From Tubiluchus corallicola (lineage: Eukaryota; Animalia; Priapulida), in the NCBI GenBank assembly GCA_030141605.1, contig JAQGDQ010000328.1, positions 113,908 to 177,907 of the forward strand: DNA of 64,000 bases, written 5' to 3'. The notes beneath the pieces were generated by a model that saw only the letters and a program-made list of their open reading frames with translations, ran no database searches and had not been told where the DNA came from. Within the stretch, counting starts at the first letter, position 1. Every line of letters starts with the position of its first letter. Of the stretch, positions 39,501-64,000 are shown in pieces. Made by a program: the position numbers and the translations under genes.

Positions 39501-41682
39501 TAGCTATACTAAAATAAAATAATCAACAAAGGATTAAAACATTTTGATAGATGACAATGAATGCACTAGCATGTACAGAGTGGAATGATGACAAGTTATG
39601 TTAAAGGTCACATTACGAGTTAGCAGACGATATAAAATTCTATCTGTAAGGAAACAACATTTTACTTCACTGATTTCTGATGTTTCACAGTTTACAATAC
39701 ATAATTATTAGCTGTGCACAGTTAAATGGGAAAAACAGATATATGTACTGTCCTACATCACAGCTGTGTTCCAGATTAAAGATTCCAAAAACATAGCTTA
39801 CATATACTAAATATGTAGTATAATACCCTCATACTAAATTATGTTGTTGTTATATGTCCCGTATTTAGTGTAAAAGGTACTAAATATTTAAAGGTACATG
39901 ACTATGAAAACTTACTTACTTACATATACTGATTGACTATAAAAACTGGTTATTCACATGGCTTTAATTATAGCTTAACATGTTTGCAATACTTTGTACA
40001 GTTAAATAATTACTTTTATCATAGCCTAACAATTTTACACTAGTTTGTACAGCAAAATGTTAAGTAATTACATTCATTCGGAAAGTTATTTCCGACAATA
40101 AGTCTCAATAATGCAAAAATGATGATTTATTGTTATATGCTACTGCCATCTTAGAGGAGTCACGTGTCATATCGAAATCTAGTCACGTCAGCCGACTCAG
40201 AAAATGGTAGTCTTGTATGATTTCTTTAAGTTTTCGTTTAAAACACAACATTGCCGTTGCCTTACTTGAAATTGTTGCAAAAAATTCAAATCATCAAATC
40301 ATAGAAGAATAAATTTGTACAGTCATGTCAATATATTACACAATACAATACACACACCACACAGTAAGTACATCTTAGTGCGCAGTCTACTAATTTCAGT
40401 AATGTTTACACAAGGCCAAGAACCGCAGATTTTACCAAGACGAATATTTCATCAACTTGTAGAATATTATACTTATACTTTAACTGCCTGTCATTTCAAA
40501 AATATTTAATTATTTGAAATGAGTTTTTTTAATTAAATACATGTTTATAGTGCTATCAAATGAGCACACTTGCAGCTATGGTGGCGCACTCTATAATTTT
40601 TGTTCAGCCACCCTACTTATATGAAGGAAATAAACATGTCAAAAATAGTAAGCCTACCAGAAAAAATTATTAATATTATTATTAATTATAAAATCGATGC
40701 CTAATCATAGATTCAATAACATTATGTGCTGATCAAAGATTTGGCTACTAAACAAGCTTACTGAGCCTTTTAAGGTCAAAGTTAGGAATTCAACTGCTGA
40801 ACTATGACAATAAGATAGTCACATGACAAAAGTGCCAAGCAACATACTACCAAATGTCTTCTTCACAGTATCCACGTGACGGACCACACTGCAAAACGAA
40901 TCTATTCCCAATGGGAAATCTTTAAAAGATGAGTGTCGTATGACTTACTTGCTGTTTTTTAGCGACCACACATTTTCAAAAAAAGCGCTTGCTGCATTCA
41001 AGTGCATTGATGTTTCGATGAATGTTTCAGCCTTACCGTGACATGACATGTGCATGATATGAAGAATCATGTGGTACTGCTGATTTTCATACTGCAGGGT
41101 AGCCCACTTCCACAATATGGGTAAAGAGTTGATACACATACACAAATCCCGGAATCCTCACTAAAGCCTGTAAAGAAAGTCTTAGGAAAATAGTTTGTCC
41201 ATGGATATAGAATTAGCCACAGTACAGTGCATGTCACTCGTCCATGCATACATTGTTCTTAAAGTGTTTGCCATCTGTACATGTGTGTAACCTGTAAACC
41301 CCAACGGTCTTTCAATTTGTGTTTTTGATTTCATCTGCATACGCTTTGACACTGTGTTTATTATTAATTTTTGTGCACAGTGCAGTAAATATAATAATCA
41401 TACTGTTGGAATTGTGCTCTACCATTTTAATTTGTGGCGTTCAACGACCTTGTGGAGCATTCAGACGTAGACACTTTTCTCGCAGCTTGTTGCGTAACTC
41501 CTCCATGGGAGAAGTTGCCAAGCCCTTCACATGTTGGAACAATGTTCAATGATATCATTAAGGCTAGTTTAGTTTAAACTTCATTTATTTACAGTGGTTT
41601 TAGAAAACAGTCTGCATCTGATACAGGTATCCCCATGGTGCAAGTACTGAGTTTTGTGGAGATCCACTAGAATATTCTACAG

Positions 41683-42014
41683 TGTAGTAGAACCAATTTT
41701 TTTACCTTGTAGAAGCACTCGTAGATTCGAGAACTTTCTATACGTGATGCGCGTAGTAGTTTCTGGATTGTTCTGGTTTAGTCCACGTGCACTGATAAAT
41801 AAGGCGGAGCTGGCCGCTCGAGTTTATTCTCGTATTCTCAGATTAATTTCAGATTCTCAGATTATCGTATACTATTTTCTTATCACTTAACCACGTATAT
41901 TCGCGTTCCTTCATACTTTGGTGTTGTAGAATTCTCACATAATAAACCCGTTGAATTTGACATCGTGTTTTCTGGTTCTCTCTACGAGCCGTCCGAGAGA
42001 AACAAAACACAACA
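41683..42014 (+). mobile_element. Possible solo LTR
   Basis: TGTAG...CAACA ends, TATA-like ataaata near 41795, AATAAA at 41941; no clear TSD. Confidence 0.35.
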
Positions 42015-43269
42015 TTAAGTGCAAAGTATAATTAAACGAATAATTGGCATCACAACTAAGAATTGACACAGTCGATTCAATAAAACATTTGATTTATTTA
42101 CAATCAACAAATTATTAAGATTAATTAAGGTATTGTTTGTTTCAATTGATTTTTGTGCAGAACATTAAGCTTTTCTAACAGATATTACTATAATTTGTGA
42201 TAAAATTAGAAATGATTAACTGGTTAAATGTCTAACTTAGACAACTGGTTAAGAAAAGTAATAATAAGCTGTTGCAGAGCGTCACCAAGAACCTGATGAT
42301 CCTGTGTAATTTCAGTTGGATTTACATTCATTAGCTGAATAATTGTCAGTTTATTCATTGTTATTAATAATAATTTTAATTTGTCATGTTCAAATTAATT
42401 ACATGTATCGTGTTTTACTTCCGTATGGATTTAAGGTTACGTAATCAGTTTGCCTTGAATAAAGTTCCTAATTATCAAGATATTTATTAATAAAATACAA
42501 TTATACATTTTTAGTATTTGCCGTTTAGTTCAAAATGCTAAAATCGTCGACAAATAAGAAGAGATTTGAGTTGATTATTAATGAATTTTCATAATGATTA
42601 AAAAACTTTATACGTGTATTACAACAGAATAACGCAGGACACAGGCCTGTAAAACACCTCGAGTAACTGGGCTCGTGCCTTTTCAAACAGAGTGTTGACG
42701 TATGGACGACGCATTATAATTACAGGAATTTACAGGTGAAATGTAAAATGATGGTTCGTGTAACGACAAGCGAATTTCTGTTCAAAAATACCTCTGGTTG
42801 TTTGACCTATTAAAAACGCAACATAGGGTCTGCCAAATCGTTGACTACACTTTTAATGGCGCGCAATACCCACAGTATAAGATGCCACACTAAAAATACA
42901 AGTGCTTCAAACATATCTCATAATATCTACGTAATTATTTGATAACAGTGTTGAATCTACTGTAGAATGAACATACCGCATTTAACTAAACCTTTCACTT
43001 AGAATTCTTAATGCTTGAAAATGAAACAAGTTATAACTTGTGAGAAAGAAGATCAATGCTATACCAGCAGTAAAAACCTGAACAACAATACTTGTTTACT
43101 TGTTGCTAAAGAATTTACCAACACTGGTAACTCGGGCCTTAAGTCATTTTTCAACTAGCTAAACTCTCAATCCAACAAAAAAATAAAACTCCCGTGATTA
43201 ACATCAAACTTCTAACAATTGGTAATCGCTTTGCTTCTGTCGCCCAGCTAGTTGAGGAAAAATTTACGG

Positions 43270-62278
<19,009 letters not shown>

Positions 62279-62984
62279 CTGCAATGAAAATCAGGTGTCT
62301 TTCATATTTTCTTCTGAAGTTTTCAATTTCGATGACTACGTTGATTTGCGTTTTTCAGAAACTTATGGTACAAATTTTCGTAAACAAAGTTTCCACAAAC
62401 AACGAAACAATTCAGTGCCGATGAAGTAGAAATATTGCATTTTTTAATACTCACAACTTGTACAATTTCATACAAAAATTTCCAACAAATATTGAAACAA
62501 TAGTAATGATGAAATAGAAATATTGGATATATCTTAATGATCACAATTGTACCGCCTTGTTTTTGTCGGTCACGTGACAAAAAGACGCGGCTGCCAATCT
62601 TAGTACATTCACTGAGCTGCGCGCAGCTTTGAAAGTTTAACGAAATTTGAGTATCCGTGGTAATTATTATTTAATTTAACCTTTAATTTAAAAAAAGCTA
62701 TTGTAGTTTTCAATATTTTAGAGCATTCTTTATTCTAAACTCGTGTTTACAGAATCATCCGGTTTTCCTTTGTAACACAGTCAGCAATCATTTAATTTAT
62801 GTTGACGACTTCTGTCTCATAGCAACAACTGTACCTGCATTACCATGTCTAATAAATAGGGATTATTGTTCAGTATAATGACGATCACAATATTATTATT
62901 AACACGGAAAAAACTAACGTCGTGATACTGATTACCGGAGTTGTCTGGTAGCGATTTTGGCAAAATATGCATAAAGGAAACTAA

Positions 62985-63411
62985 CCTAGCCACTGGGGGT
63001 GGGGGGGGGGTGTAAAAGCCAGCCCAACTCAGTGCCGGTGCCAAGCCCGGATAAATAGGGAGGGTTAGGGTCAAGAAGGGCATCCGCCTGTAAAAACTGC
63101 GCCGAAACCTTCTATGAATGAGTCGGTGAGACTTAAAGGGAATGTCCACAAAGAAGTGGTCAGACCCGCTCTAATCTATGGGCTGGAAGCATCTTCTCTA
63201 AAGAAGACCGAAGAGAAGAAAATGGGTGTGGTGGAGATGAGGATGTTGAGATGAATGGGTATGGACACCTGAAAACAAGAGTCGGTGAAGATCTTGTGGG
63301 AATTGAAGACATAAATGAAGAGATGGTCAACAACAGGTGAACAGGAATGCGTGGAGTAGACTCATTCACAAAGGCGACCCCGAATAGGGAAAAGCTGGGA
63401 AGAAGAAGAAG
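62985..63411 (+). mobile_element. Bipartite non-autonomous RTE (Expander/Rex3-like) element
   Basis: 5' motif ccaagcccggataaatagggagggtt...aagggcatccgc.tgtaaaa joined to a decayed ORF end (VVRPALIYGLE...VEMRMLR) and 3' ggcgacccc...(GAA)n tail. Confidence 0.7.
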
Positions 63412-64000
63412 ATGCATAAAGAAAACTACTGTACATCAAAATAATTAAAAAAAGGACCCTGGTTTTATGCTTACAGCCATCAGCAGAGATATGATTAATC
63501 AGGAACGTAAACTTTACTAAAATTAACTAATTCATTTCAGTTTTCCACTTTTGCAGCTGAAGAGCAAAGATACAATTTTTCTGTTCATTTATTACGTGCC
63601 TTTCTCTCGCGAGAAACTATCAGAACTAGTAAAAACAATTTACAGCAGCATATAATAAGGGAACAGCCAAATTTTTTTGACCCGTCATTTCCATACGCTG
63701 CCAGTGCAATATGTGTACAAATTGCTTTTGCACAGCTAAATCAGACATAACTTCATTATATTAACTTCGGTGATACATGTATATAGTAAAATAATTGATT
63801 GCGTTGTTTGTGTATAGCTGCATATTGGTGTTTTAGGGATGACAAAACTATTAAGACTCAAGTTAGGAAACAACGCGTTTATTGAACATTAAACACAGTA
63901 AATAGCGTACCAGATAGTAATGCCAACCCCCCCCCTGATCTGATGATCTAATCTGTTCTGCTCCAGCCTCTGATCCAATCTGATGAGATGCGTGCAACAC

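Noticed and set aside
40945-41290. Possible exon or transposase remnant
   Set aside because: Stops in the frames examined and no motif I can identify
62454-62850. Alternative first exons for gene B (donors near 62454 and 62835)
   Set aside because: No ATG-initiated phase-1 frame without a stop

Overview
AT-rich, intron-rich animal (probably marine invertebrate) genomic DNA; not prokaryotic. I assembled two tandem minus-strand genes by hand from splice sites and intron phases. Gene A (ATG at 36182, continuing past position 1) encodes signal peptide - 5 WSC domains - a tandemly repeated six-exon 473-aa module (FN3-FN3-FN3-FN3-EGF), with 2 full copies and the start of a third (about 1483 codons in the window). 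Gene B (62278 to stop at 43270; first exon uncertain) encodes a single-pass receptor: WSC-WSC-FN3-like-Ig-like-Ig-like-TM-acidic cytoplasmic tail with tyrosine motifs. Introns hold minisatellites (21, 25, 39, 41, 52 and 65 bp units), microsatellites, MITEs (Tc1/mariner, hAT, piggyBac, Kolobok-like), LINE fragments and a 5S rRNA-headed SINE-like element. The most notable observations are the WSC receptor pair, exon-restricted homogenisation of the repeated module, a GC-AG intron whose paralogue is GT-AG, a frameshifted exon remnant and the 5S/RTE chimera. Domain names come from motif recognition, not database searches.
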